A DNA stretch of 64,000 bases from Nitrosopumilus sp. (GTDB lineage Archaea > Thermoproteota > Nitrososphaeria > Nitrososphaerales > Nitrosopumilaceae): contig OZ241981.1 of NCBI GenBank assembly GCA_965204345.1, forward strand, positions 64,001 to 128,000, written 5' to 3'. The notes under the pieces are model-generated. The model was not told the origin of the DNA. It ran no database searches and saw only the letters and a list, made by a program, of their open reading frames with translations. The translations under genes and the position numbers were made by a program. Positions 1 through 9,499 of the stretch are shown piece by piece (within the stretch, counting starts at the first letter, position 1; each line of letters opens with the position of its first letter).

Positions 1-482
1 GGTTTTTCTAATGCCTGGGGTTTTTCTGTAGGTGTGTACGGGTATTTTATGATTACACTGTTGATAAAGTCTATGTAGTTCTTTATGATTATGCTGTTTG
101 GCTTTTCATCGTGTGCCTTTTGAAAATATCTTAGTGATTCCTGATATTCTCCAAGATTGCCAAAACCTACTCCCATTCCGGTTAGTGAAATTACATCATT
201 TGGTTTGTATTGCAATATCTTGAAAAATTGTCTTAGTGACTTGTCGTGTTCTTGAAGATTACTGTGAACAATCCCCTTCATTTTCAGTGTTGAGATGTTG
301 TCTGGCTCTACTTCCAATATGTCATCATATATTGTAATGGCTTGCCTGTATTCCCCTTTGTATACGTGTTCCCTGGCCTGATTAAACATGTCTTCCAAGT
401 CTTTTTCTGCCTGTGCAAATGCCGGTACTGCCCCAAGTGACACACCTAGCAAAAATATGAACAAAAAACAAAACATTCTCAA
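1..482 (-). CDS. Tetratricopeptide-repeat protein with N-terminal signal peptide (partial, runs off the window start)
   Basis: Not in the ORF track. Manual translation of the minus strand from TTG482/ATG476 is open to position 1: MFCFLFIFLLGVSLGAVPAFAQ, then TPR-like helices (GEYRQAITIYDDILEVEPDN, GEYQESLRYFQKAHDEKPN). Confidence 0.85.
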   Translation of the reverse strand, partial: MRMFCFLFIFLLGVSLGAVPAFAQAEKDLEDMFNQAREHVYKGEYRQAITIYDDILEVEPDNISTLKMKGIVHSNLQEHDKSLRQFFKILQYKPNDVISLTGMGVGFGNLGEYQESLRYFQKAHDEKPNSIIIKNYIDFINSVIIKYPYTPTEKPQALEK

Positions 483-617
483 TGTGTCTTTTTTGGTGTT
501 TTTTATTTTATTTTATAGTTTATTTCCAATTTCTACTGCTAGTCTAGGCGATCTTTTTTTATCTGAATTTAACTTATTGGAAAATCTTTAATTTATTCGC
601 CGTTACGAGATTTTATA

Positions 618-950
618 ATGGCGCATATGGGGGCAGGAGAAGTAATTTATGATTTACGTAAAAAAATCCAGGAAATCCGGACTGATTTGGAGCAGTTAGG
701 CTCCCCTGCAACTGAAATTCCCGAGATGATCTCATCTACCAATCTGTTGCGTTCAAATGAGTATCTCTCTAAGGCCAATGACAAGAAAACCGAGCTGCTA
801 AATGCATATGAGAATTACTCTGAGGCATTGGAGGAATTTCTATCATCTGTTTTTGACATTCAAAAAGACCTAAAGGAAATCCTAAAGGAACAGTCCTCGT
901 TAATTCCTAGCAAAAGACAGACAAAAAGGCCCAAAGCAAGAAAGAAATAA
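618..950 (+). CDS. Hypothetical coiled-coil protein
   Basis: 110-aa ORF with ATG start, helical composition and basic C-terminus; abuts the convergent birA. Confidence 0.7.
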   Translation: MAHMGAGEVIYDLRKKIQEIRTDLEQLGSPATEIPEMISSTNLLRSNEYLSKANDKKTELLNAYENYSEALEEFLSSVFDIQKDLKEILKEQSSLIPSKRQTKRPKARKK

Positions 951-951
951 T

Positions 952-1959
952 TTATTTTGATAAATGAACAACATCTCCTGCAGTAATTTTATGCATTTTT
1001 TTATTGTCTGATACTATCAGTGATCCGTCTTCTTCTATTCTGACTGCCTTTCCTTTGATTTTGGCCCCTGCCGTGTGCAACTCGATATTCTTTCCTATGG
1101 TAGATGATCTGTCTGTCCATCCCGAAATAATCTTCCCTGTCTGCCTGGCGTTTAGGGATTCGTAGTTCTTCTCCAACTCTGCTAAAAAGGCATGAACCAA
1201 CTCAACGGGTCTGATTTTTTGTTTTTGTCCGTTCAGCGATGCTACCCCGTAGAAATTTGGGGTACCTTTTAGCGTTTTTTCAATTTGCCTTGCATTTACA
1301 TCAAAGTTTATTCCGACCCCTAGCACCAGATTCCCGATTCTGTTTGACTCCAGTGATGCATCTACTAGCATTCCTGCAATCTTTTTGCCCCCTATTGTTA
1401 AATCATTTGGCCATTTTAATTCCGGTTTGACTGAAAATGTCTTCTCTATTGCAACTGATAATGCAAGAGACGACGCGATTGGAAACAATGTTGTCATTGA
1501 GACATCAAATTTTGGATAAAGTATGACAGATAACCAGATTCCTCCGCTTGGAGAAACCCATCTCCTCCCTGATCTTCCTCGCCCTCCTGTCTGCCTTGCT
1601 GCTACGATTACTGCTCCGTTGTTTATGGGGTCGTCTGCCATTTTTAGAGCCTGATTTTGTGTAGAGTCTGTGGAGCTAAAATAATATGCTCGCTGACCTA
1701 TTGTCCTTGTTTTTAAATTTGAGATAATTTCCCATGGCAGCAACAGATCCGAATTTGCGATTAGCCTGTATCCTGACTTTTGTTTTGACTCTACAGCATA
1801 TCCCAGCTCTTGAATTTTCTTGATATGCTTCCATACTGCAACCCTGCTAATATGCAGTACATCACTTAGGTCTTGACCTGACAGATACTCTGTATTGTGG
1901 GTCTGCAAGAATGTCAGTACCTTGACTAGCCCTGGACTCTCAAAAGAATTGTAAATCAA
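952..1959 (-). CDS. birA: Biotin--[acetyl-CoA-carboxylase] ligase with N-terminal HTH
   Basis: N-terminal HTH (SGQDLS..LHISRVAVWKHI), QTGGRGRSGRRW, KWPND, KIAGML, GVGINF. Confidence 0.95.
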   Translation of the reverse strand: MIYNSFESPGLVKVLTFLQTHNTEYLSGQDLSDVLHISRVAVWKHIKKIQELGYAVESKQKSGYRLIANSDLLLPWEIISNLKTRTIGQRAYYFSSTDSTQNQALKMADDPINNGAVIVAARQTGGRGRSGRRWVSPSGGIWLSVILYPKFDVSMTTLFPIASSLALSVAIEKTFSVKPELKWPNDLTIGGKKIAGMLVDASLESNRIGNLVLGVGINFDVNARQIEKTLKGTPNFYGVASLNGQKQKIRPVELVHAFLAELEKNYESLNARQTGKIISGWTDRSSTIGKNIELHTAGAKIKGKAVRIEEDGSLIVSDNKKMHKITAGDVVHLSK

Positions 1960-1995
1960 CTAGATTCTGTCTTGATTTGGAGTATAAAATGTGCA

Positions 1996-2529
1996 CTAGA
2001 ATCCGACATCAAAATCAAATCCGCCACCGCCATCATCACCGCCGCCATCGCCCATGCTGCTGCCCCCGTCTCCTGTGCCTCCATCTCCCGTATCTGGCAT
2101 GTCCTCTGGTGCAACATAGTCTGACATTGCCATTCCCATCATGCTAAACATCATTGAAAACATGATCATATCCATTACTCCAAAAAACATCATTGTGGGA
2201 ATGATTGACTTGTTGTTATCCATCTCTTGTTTTAGTTTCTCCTTGTCCCCTGCCTTGTATAGCACTGACATTTGGTTCCATCTTGCTTGCAGCTCGTGAA
2301 CCCTTTCATCCACCTCTTTTGATCCCTTCTCCGTAGTGTTGATTTCGACCTTTGTACCAAACAATCCCTTTTTTTCGTTGACTTGGATTAGTCCTCTCTT
2401 TTCTAGCTGCTCTAAAATTGAGTTTAATTCGTCAGGTTTGATCTGGGTCATTTTTTGAATCTTATCAAATTTCCTTATTCCGTGTTTGATTGCACCTAGA
2501 ACAATCAGGTCTTTTGGTTCTGTATCCAC
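1996..2529 (-). CDS. Winged-helix protein with Met-rich segment and Gly/Asp-rich tail
   Basis: wHTH-like N-terminus (ELNSILEQLEKRGLI...TTEKG), then Met-rich and GDGG-rich low-complexity C-terminus. Confidence 0.7.
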   Translation of the reverse strand: MDTEPKDLIVLGAIKHGIRKFDKIQKMTQIKPDELNSILEQLEKRGLIQVNEKKGLFGTKVEINTTEKGSKEVDERVHELQARWNQMSVLYKAGDKEKLKQEMDNNKSIIPTMMFFGVMDMIMFSMMFSMMGMAMSDYVAPEDMPDTGDGGTGDGGSSMGDGGGDDGGGGFDFDVGF

Positions 2530-2608
2530 ACCATATCTCCTCTATAACTGGTAAAAAATTCTTTGTGTATTTATTATTTTAAAAATTATTATTCCTCACT
2601 ATTGGATA

Positions 2609-3025
2609 TTGGATATGGAACAGGATCCATCCTCTGACGAAGAACTCCGTGAGATTCTATCCCTAAACAAGGTAGCAGTTATAGGCATCTCCAGGCATTC
2701 CTCAAAAGCTGCCCACCATGTTCCAAAGTATCTCTCTGATAATGGTTATAGCATAGTTCCCGTAAATCCCACCGCCGATGTGATCCTAGGCAAGAAATGT
2801 TATGACTCTGTCTCTGAGATAGTTGGCGCAGTTGATATCGTTGAGGTCTTTAGGCCCTCTGATCAGGTATTGCCTGTGGTAAAGGAGGCCATCCAAAAAA
2901 AGCCAAAAGTAATCTGGTTGCAAGAGGGAATTCATAATGTTGAGGCTGAAAATTTGGCAAAACAAGCTGGCATCAAAGTGGTCTTTAACAGATGCATGTT
3001 GGCCGAACATCAGAGATTGTTATGA
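2609..3025 (+). CDS. CoA-binding protein (YccU-like)
   Basis: VAVIGIS, PVNP, VDIVEVFRPS, IWLQEG, VFNRCM motifs. Confidence 0.9.
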   Translation: MDMEQDPSSDEELREILSLNKVAVIGISRHSSKAAHHVPKYLSDNGYSIVPVNPTADVILGKKCYDSVSEIVGAVDIVEVFRPSDQVLPVVKEAIQKKPKVIWLQEGIHNVEAENLAKQAGIKVVFNRCMLAEHQRLL

Positions 3026-3390
3026 TGGCTAGCTTTGAGCGGTTCTATCAGGACTTGTTGGAACTTGCTAGAAAATATGAGCAAGAAAATCTCCCATTAA
3101 AGATAGAAAAAGATCCTGATCATGACATCCTCAAAATATTTGGAGAAAAAACTACTTCTTTGGCAAGGGCACAAAATGGTTTAAACGATGTGGCCGAACT
3201 TGCATATGCTGCTGCAGAACATCATCCATATTGGAATCTGTTATATCATTGCACTGAAATTTCAAGCAGTGCTTTAGAAAAATGGAGGTCATCCCTGTCT
3301 GAGGATGATTTTTCTGAGATTGCATGGGCAATTAAAGAGCTGAATCAGGCATTAGAGAAAATAAAACAATCAAAACCCTCCCGTTGCTAG
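3022..3390 (+). CDS. Hypothetical protein
   Basis: ORF 2992..3390; the likely start is the ATG at 3022, overlapping the upstream stop (ATGA). Confidence 0.7.
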   Translation: MMASFERFYQDLLELARKYEQENLPLKIEKDPDHDILKIFGEKTTSLARAQNGLNDVAELAYAAAEHHPYWNLLYHCTEISSSALEKWRSSLSEDDFSEIAWAIKELNQALEKIKQSKPSRC

Positions 3391-3424
3391 GCAGAGATAA
3401 ATATTTTGAAATGCTAATCCTTGC

Positions 3425-4636
3425 ATGCCAATCAAGATTGGGCTAATTGGTAAAACAAATACCGGCAAAACCACCTTTTTTAATTCTGCCACCCTTTCAT
3501 CTGAGGAAATCTCATCCTATCCGTTTACCACAAAGTCTCCCGTCTCCGGAGTTGCACACGCCATTACGCTGTGCGTGCATCCTGAATTTAAAATTCAGGA
3601 CAATCCAAATAACTCAAAATGTCTTGATGGGTGGAGATACATTCCCATTGAGCTAATTGACCTGCCTGGCCTCATCAAGGATGCCTGGAAGGGAAAAGGC
3701 CTGGGAAACCAGTTTTTGTCCATTGCCGCCCAGTCTGACGTACTGCTCCATGTTGTTGATGCCTCCGGCGGAATTGACTCTACTGGCAAAATAACTGAGG
3801 TTGGCACAGGTGATCCTATATCTGACTTTGCAGACATTGAGGAAGAATTGATCATGTGGTATCATAAAATTTTGGAAGGAAACCGTGACAAAGTTTCCAA
3901 ATTAATTAATTCAGGCTCATCTGTTGTAGATGTCATCACTGATCTTTATCGTGGCATTGGAGTGACAAAGATACATGTCAAAGAATCCTTTCATGCAGCC
4001 GGCCTTGAGGAAAAGGCCTTTGATGACCTTGATATGGCTGAGAGTAAAAAATTTGCTTCATGCTTGAGAAAAATTTCAAAACCCACCCTTATTGTTGCAA
4101 ACAAGGTTGACGTTGACGGCGCTGAGAAAAATTTTGCAAGGTTAAGAGAACGATACAATGACTCCATAGTCATTCCTGTAAGTGGCGATAGTGAGTTTGT
4201 TCTTAGGCGTGCAGAACAAAAGGGCCTGATAAAATATTCTCCGGGCTCTGAGACATTTGAAATCTTAAAATCTGATGAGCTTAATGAAAAGCAAAACAGT
4301 GCCTTGAATTTCATCAAAAAAGAGATCATGGGCGAATACATGAGAACCGGAGTTCAATTTGCAATCAACGTGGCAGTTTTTAAGTTGCTCAAAATGAATT
4401 CCGTATATCCTGTTGCTGATGAAAAAAACCTTGCCGATAAAAAAGGCAAGATCTTGCCTGATCTTATTTTGCTAAAAGACGGCGCCACAATAAGTGATCT
4501 TGCCAAAGAGATCCACACTGATTTGACCAAGGGGCTTCTTTATGGCAAGGATTTAAGATATAATCTGAGATTGCCCATCGACTATCAGCTGAGGGACAGG
4601 GATGTGGTGTCTCTGGTCAGCGCAGCCAAAAAATAG
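3425..4636 (+). CDS. ychF: Obg-family YchF-like GTPase/ATPase with C-terminal TGS domain
   Basis: G1 GKTNTGKTT, G2 YPFTT, G3 DLPG, GLGNQFL, G4 NKVD, TGS-like C-terminus. Confidence 0.9.
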   Translation: MPIKIGLIGKTNTGKTTFFNSATLSSEEISSYPFTTKSPVSGVAHAITLCVHPEFKIQDNPNNSKCLDGWRYIPIELIDLPGLIKDAWKGKGLGNQFLSIAAQSDVLLHVVDASGGIDSTGKITEVGTGDPISDFADIEEELIMWYHKILEGNRDKVSKLINSGSSVVDVITDLYRGIGVTKIHVKESFHAAGLEEKAFDDLDMAESKKFASCLRKISKPTLIVANKVDVDGAEKNFARLRERYNDSIVIPVSGDSEFVLRRAEQKGLIKYSPGSETFEILKSDELNEKQNSALNFIKKEIMGEYMRTGVQFAINVAVFKLLKMNSVYPVADEKNLADKKGKILPDLILLKDGATISDLAKEIHTDLTKGLLYGKDLRYNLRLPIDYQLRDRDVVSLVSAAKK

Positions 4637-4937
4637 ATGTTGTTTTTTAGTGCTGTTTTTTTGCCTTGATCACATTCACATTGAACTGTTGCTTGGATGA
4701 TTTTTTCCAAAATCCAATGGATTCCAACTATAAAAAAAGACGCAAGAATGCTGTGTCTGAAATTATTCTGGTTCTGGCCTCTTCTTTATCGTCATCAAAC
4801 CATCTGTCATTTTTAACTGGCAGCCAACTGACTTTTCTGCAAGGTTCCTCTCATGCTTTTATCTGCAAAGATGTTGCATGTAACATGGATGAACCGGGGG
4901 TTCTTTTCAATCCGTTTGAGTTCCTTCTATCTCTCTC

Positions 4938-5867
4938 TTACTTGCTCCCAATTTGTACAAATGATCCTGCTGAAACCGTCAGGCCTGCACATTTTTCAGG
5001 CTGAATAATCCTTGCAAGAATCTCTATTCCTTCTACGGTTCTGATGCCAGGCTTGCTAAAAAATGAGTCTGCATCCACTGCAAAAATCTTGTTATTTTTC
5101 ACAGCTCTTAGTGTTCTCCATGCCTTGTTATCTCTTAAAATTACGTCATATTCTGAAATTGTCCGCTTTGTGTCAAAACCGCATGGCATCAAAACTATGA
5201 TATCTGGATCTGACCTGATAATCTCATCTGTCGCCAGTCTTCTTGAATGCTCCCCTGCTTTGCTAATCATGTTTATTCCTCCTGCAATTTCAATCATTTC
5301 TGGAACCCAATGCCCTGCAGTAAAAAATGGCTCAATCCATTCGATTGCCAATACCTTGGGTTTGTTATTGCTGATAATTTTTCCAATGTCTGCAACTCTT
5401 TTTTCAAGAGAATCTGCTATCTGTCTAGCTCTTTTGCTGCATTCTAATATCTTGCCCAGTATTGTTATTGATTCTATGATCTCCTTGATACTGTGGGGAT
5501 CCATGGAGTGCAGAATCGGCTTTGTCCCAAGGATCTTTACTGCCTTATTCACTTGACTTGTATACGCGGCACAAACCTCGCAGGTACCCTGGGATATTAT
5601 CATGTCCGGATTTGCATTTTTCAAATTTTCTTCATTTAAAACAAAAATGTCTTTGCCCTCGCTTTGCAGCTTGCAAGTTGCTGCATCTATTTCCTTGCTG
5701 GTTAGTTCCTTGGAATTAATCACCGTATCTATGACTCTTGGTTTTGAGCATGCATCCTGCGGATATCTGCATTCGTGTGTTACTCCCTTAAGCTTGTCCT
5801 GTCTCCCTAATTCGTATACTAGTTCGGTTCCGCTAGGCACAAATGAGACGATTCGACTTACTGTCAT
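4938..5867 (-). CDS. Cobalamin/Fe-siderophore-type substrate-binding protein (BtuF-like)
   Basis: RIVSFVPSGTE, GVTHEC, CEVCA, AGHWVPEMIEIAGG, DPDIIVLMPCGF. Confidence 0.85.
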   Translation of the reverse strand: MTVSRIVSFVPSGTELVYELGRQDKLKGVTHECRYPQDACSKPRVIDTVINSKELTSKEIDAATCKLQSEGKDIFVLNEENLKNANPDMIISQGTCEVCAAYTSQVNKAVKILGTKPILHSMDPHSIKEIIESITILGKILECSKRARQIADSLEKRVADIGKIISNNKPKVLAIEWIEPFFTAGHWVPEMIEIAGGINMISKAGEHSRRLATDEIIRSDPDIIVLMPCGFDTKRTISEYDVILRDNKAWRTLRAVKNNKIFAVDADSFFSKPGIRTVEGIEILARIIQPEKCAGLTVSAGSFVQIGSK

Positions 5868-5965
5868 GGTTTTGACTAGATGATATTTTACTTAAACGCC
5901 CTGTTTGCTGGCGATCAATTTTTGTCATTAGGCAAGTTAATAGGCATTTTTTAGGTACAAAAACC

Positions 5966-7123
5966 ATGATTTCAGACTCTGAAAATATTCGTAGAGCCAT
6001 CCTGTCTAGATGGCACGAATCTCTTTTAAGGCATGGCAATCTGTTCTCTTCTGATTTTGTGAGCGGTGCTAGTCCTCCGTCTGTATTTGTTGGATCATAC
6101 AACTACCCCAAAGTCCTCGTTGGTCCTATGGTGCCCCCAATTCATGGGGATACTAGTCTGTTAGATAGCCCTGAGCGATGGACAGGAAAGTCTTTAGAAG
6201 ACATTGTAAATTTTAGGCTCAATTTGGTCAGGGGCACACAAAAAATTCCAATAGGACAGACTGACGGGCGATACGTTGAAAATCTCCAAGAAGTTACAAT
6301 GTCTTCAAGGCCTATTGATTCTGATCTAGTTTTTCAGAGTTCTACTGCCCCTAGTGTTTCACTTGACGGTGAGAGTGCCCCTTTTGGTCCTATTGGCCAA
6401 ATAAAATCTGCAAAATTCTCTGCAAATGCTCCTGTAAAATCTATAGAAAAAACATACTATGACAAGGATCTAAAAGCTCAAGATGCTGTTTTAAATTTAT
6501 ATAATTCCGGAGTAGAAATTTCAAAAATCCAAAAATGCTTCAGTATTGGAATGCTCGGATGCAAAAGGAAGCTTGTTCCTACTAAATGGAGTATTACTGC
6601 AACTGATGATATTATTTGCAAATCGCTTACCGAGGACGTGTTAAACTACGGCCTGATTGACTCGCACAGGGTCTTTTCGTATGAGCATTTGGGGAATATC
6701 TTTTGCGTGGTATTGTTTCCACACCGATGGGTCTATGAAATGATTGAGGCCTGGTATTCTAACGGTGTCTTGGGTTTTGGCTCTGACTGTGAGGATGCCC
6801 GCGGAATTGATCATCCTCCCACTATTGCCGGTGCATATTTTGCTGCAAAACTAGGTGTTTTAGAATACCTTGTCAAAAATAAAGTTCAAGCAGGAGCTGT
6901 AATTTTACGAGAAATCCGTCCCGAGTATGCCATCCCTGTCGGTGTGTGGCAAGTGAGAGAGGGCGTCAGGGAGGCAATGAATAAAAAGCATCTCTTTGCC
7001 GATGATTTTGAGCACGCACTAACTTTGGCCTCAAATAAAACGAGCATCAGTAAATCTGAGTGGCTCATGCATGGAAATGTTGTCGAACTGACCAGACAGA
7101 AAGCTATTTCTGATTTTTTTTAA
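5966..7123 (+). CDS. nreA: Nre-family DNA repair protein
   Basis: SPPSVFVGSYNYPKV, LVPTKWSITATDD, GAYFAAKL, PVGVWQVRE, C-terminal PIP box QKAISDFF. Confidence 0.9.
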   Translation: MISDSENIRRAILSRWHESLLRHGNLFSSDFVSGASPPSVFVGSYNYPKVLVGPMVPPIHGDTSLLDSPERWTGKSLEDIVNFRLNLVRGTQKIPIGQTDGRYVENLQEVTMSSRPIDSDLVFQSSTAPSVSLDGESAPFGPIGQIKSAKFSANAPVKSIEKTYYDKDLKAQDAVLNLYNSGVEISKIQKCFSIGMLGCKRKLVPTKWSITATDDIICKSLTEDVLNYGLIDSHRVFSYEHLGNIFCVVLFPHRWVYEMIEAWYSNGVLGFGSDCEDARGIDHPPTIAGAYFAAKLGVLEYLVKNKVQAGAVILREIRPEYAIPVGVWQVREGVREAMNKKHLFADDFEHALTLASNKTSISKSEWLMHGNVVELTRQKAISDFF

Positions 7124-7193
7124 AATCTGCTGATTTAATTTTAAATATCATAATTTTGCATAAGTATTTTTTTGGGGGTTATTAGTAAAATAA

Positions 7194-7740
7194 TGAACTA
7201 TCTACCTTTCCTAACAATTCAAAAGATCATCAAACATTTCAGAAAAAGCTGCAGACAGAGGCAGTAAATACGCAGAAAAAAACTCTTAATCAATAATAAA
7301 GAACTTTGATAAACTCTGTAAGGAAAAATATGACAAACAGGTGGTGAGACAATTAAAAGCGATTCGTGATGAATATTTTACTAAAACTGGAAGAAGAAAT
7401 ATGACAAGCAGGAGATCAGACCAATAGCAGAATATCAAAAAATAGATCTAGGTATTGTTTACAAGTTACTCCAAGAGTGGATCAACTGGAACAGCAAGAA
7501 TATGCTTCTAAATGATATCCCAGTTTTTTCATGTATTAAAAAAATATCTCAGATATCACAACATAAAGATCACAAAAGAGGATATGGAAAATTCTCCGGA
7601 TTTTCCATACATGATCAAAGAGGAAAAACACCCACTGACAAAAGAGGAGCTGCAAGATATTGAGTCTGAGCAACAGGAAAAATTATCTCAAAATTATAGG
7701 ACAGTTATCAAGTGGATTAAGATTGATAGGACTTGACAAG
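7194..7740 (+). pseudogene. Decayed N-terminal part of a tyrosine recombinase/integrase
   Basis: Pieces across frames read KNFDKLCKEKYD...YKLLQEWINWN...QFFHVLKKYLRYHNIKITKEDMEN...EEKHPLTKEELQDI, resembling the core-binding domain and LTxEE linker of thaumarchaeal integrases. Stops and frameshifts are present and the catalytic domain is missing. Confidence 0.6.
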
Positions 7741-7836
7741 TACATTCTAATAAATATCAAAAAGTGAATTTTTCAGAATGAAAATATTATTACATGGTAT
7801 TTAGAAAAATTATCCATAAATTAGAGATTTCAATAT

Positions 7837-8097
7837 GTAAGAATATCTCCTAAAATAAGAAATATCATTACACGGTATGATTTAGAAAAGAGAATAAATA
7901 TTCAAAGATTAGCGTGAAAAATACCAAAATCTACGTATAAGCCTGAACAATTTCTATGTCTGATCTTTAGAATTTAGGATAGATTGATTGGATTATCTTT
8001 GCATCGGAGAAGGGTATATTATCGAGAAGAAAACCATCTCTGAATTAAATCAAAAATGTTTGAAGTTCAAAGATGGATAAAATATACACTTGTCTAA
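7837..8097 (+). pseudogene. Pseudogene of the TBP paralog (C-terminal repeat only)
   Basis: Manual translation VRISPKIRNIITRYDLEKRINIQRLA*KIPKSTYKPEQFLCLIFRI*D...IFAS..KG...KTISELNQ aligns with the C-terminal half of 14536..15075 (IKITPKVQNIVARFDLKQ...LPKSMYEPEQFPGLIYRIQD...LFASGKG...KTIAEVN). Two stops plus frameshifts. Confidence 0.8.
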
Positions 8098-8112
8098 TCT
8101 TTTATTAGAGTT

Positions 8113-9474
8113 TTGTTGGTGGAAATAATGGTGACACAGATAGAATTTGAGAAAGAAAATCTTCCAGAAGGATGGATTGTAACAGCAATTAGCAACATAA
8201 CAGAAACTGTACAAAAAATTAATCCTAAAGATACCCCCAATAAAATATTCCATTATTGTGACATAAATTCGATCGATAATAGTAGATTACAAATTACCAA
8301 TCCAAAACAAATTTTGGGTAAGAATGCACCATCTAGAGCAAGACAACTAATTAAGAAAAATGACATATTATTTTCCACTGTTCGAACATATTTGAAAAAT
8401 ATTGCGATGGTTCCAGAACATTTAAATGATAATTTGGCATCAACAGGATTTTGTGTTATACGAGCAGGAAAAATTAATGAAAAATTTATGTTTAATTATA
8501 TACAATCATCTCAGTTCATTGATCTAATAAACAGTGCACAAAGAGGAATAAGTTATCCAGCTGTAAGAAATAATGATGTACATAATAGCATTATTCCTCT
8601 CCCCCCACTCAACGAACAAAAACGCATCGTTACAAAAATCGAATCAATCTTCACACAGATTGATGCATGTAAAGAAGAATTAGATGTATTTGCATCGCAG
8701 ACCAAATCAGTTTCTTATAGTTTACAAACATTGAAGGGAAATATATTAAAACAAATGTTTGAAGAATTAAATAAAAAACACAGAGCAGATATGTTAGAGA
8801 AGGTGTGTATTGATATCCAATCGGGATTTGCTCAAGGGGAAAAAGATGTAAAAAATGGAATAATTCATCTTAGAATGAATAATATAGATACAAACTTCAC
8901 AATGAATTTTGAACTACTTCGGACTATCAATGCTACAAATAAACAAAAAGAAAAATATCTTTTACAAAAAAATGACATACTTTTTGTGAATACGAATAGT
9001 GTAGAATTAGTAGGCAAATCTGCTATTTTTACATTTGATAAAGACTGTCTTTATAGTAATCATTTAACACGTCTGCGCACTAATATTTCTATACTAGATC
9101 CAAAATTTCTCTTGTATTATTTTTATTATAAATGGATAAAACATGATTTTCGAAGTATATGTAATAAATGGATAAATCAAGTGGCAATTAATACTACAAA
9201 AATTAAACAACTACAAATTCCTCTTCCTCCCCTCAACGAACAAAAACGCATTGTTACAAAAATCGAATCAATCTTTGACAGGATTGATGTAAAACAAGAG
9301 GAAATGAAAAAGATTGAGATGCAGTTAAAATCAATTCCCGACAGCATTAATACATTGAAAGGCAGCATATTAAAAAAAGCATTTGAAGGTAAGTTGGTTC
9401 CACAGAATCCAAATGACGAACACGCATCTGTACTTCTTGAGAGGATAAAATCCCAAAAATCTAGGAAAATATAA
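8113..9474 (+). CDS. hsdS: Type I RM specificity subunit HsdS, copy 1 (TRD-A + TRD-B, complete C-terminus)
   Basis: LPEGW, two IPLPPLNEQKRIV conserved regions, C-terminal AFEGKLVPQNPNDEHASVLLERIK typical of the EcoAI/EcoEI (type IB) group. Probable start is ATG 8128. Confidence 0.95.
   Translation: MLVEIMVTQIEFEKENLPEGWIVTAISNITETVQKINPKDTPNKIFHYCDINSIDNSRLQITNPKQILGKNAPSRARQLIKKNDILFSTVRTYLKNIAMVPEHLNDNLASTGFCVIRAGKINEKFMFNYIQSSQFIDLINSAQRGISYPAVRNNDVHNSIIPLPPLNEQKRIVTKIESIFTQIDACKEELDVFASQTKSVSYSLQTLKGNILKQMFEELNKKHRADMLEKVCIDIQSGFAQGEKDVKNGIIHLRMNNIDTNFTMNFELLRTINATNKQKEKYLLQKNDILFVNTNSVELVGKSAIFTFDKDCLYSNHLTRLRTNISILDPKFLLYYFYYKWIKHDFRSICNKWINQVAINTTKIKQLQIPLPPLNEQKRIVTKIESIFDRIDVKQEEMKKIEMQLKSIPDSINTLKGSILKKAFEGKLVPQNPNDEHASVLLERIKSQKSRKI
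8146..8178 (+). repeat. hsdS repeat R1 (33 bp); inverted copies at 15618-15650 and 16305-16337
   Basis: TTTGAGAAAGAAAATCTTCCAGAAGGATGGATT; 31/33 identical to the reverse complement of 15618-15650. Confidence 0.9.
8593..8666 (+). repeat. hsdS inverted repeat R2, left copy (74 bp)
   Basis: 73/74 identical to the reverse complement of 15835-15908 (single C/T difference at 8610). Confidence 0.95.
9233..9293 (+). repeat. hsdS inverted repeat R3, left copy (61 bp)
   Basis: 55/61 identical to the reverse complement of 15160-15220. Confidence 0.9.
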
Positions 9475-9499
9475 ACACATGACATAAATTTACAAATAG

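Noticed and set aside
388-591. 67-aa plus-strand ORF
   Set aside because: Overlaps the 5' end and promoter of the minus-strand TPR gene; shadow ORF.
4640-4937. 112-aa ORF 4666..5004 and other antisense ORFs over long genes (e.g. 5044..5556, 42950..43387, 50521..50931)
   Set aside because: No motifs, and they overlap well-supported genes on the opposite strand.
7512-7736. 74-aa ORF as an independent gene
   Set aside because: It reads as one fragment of the decayed integrase.
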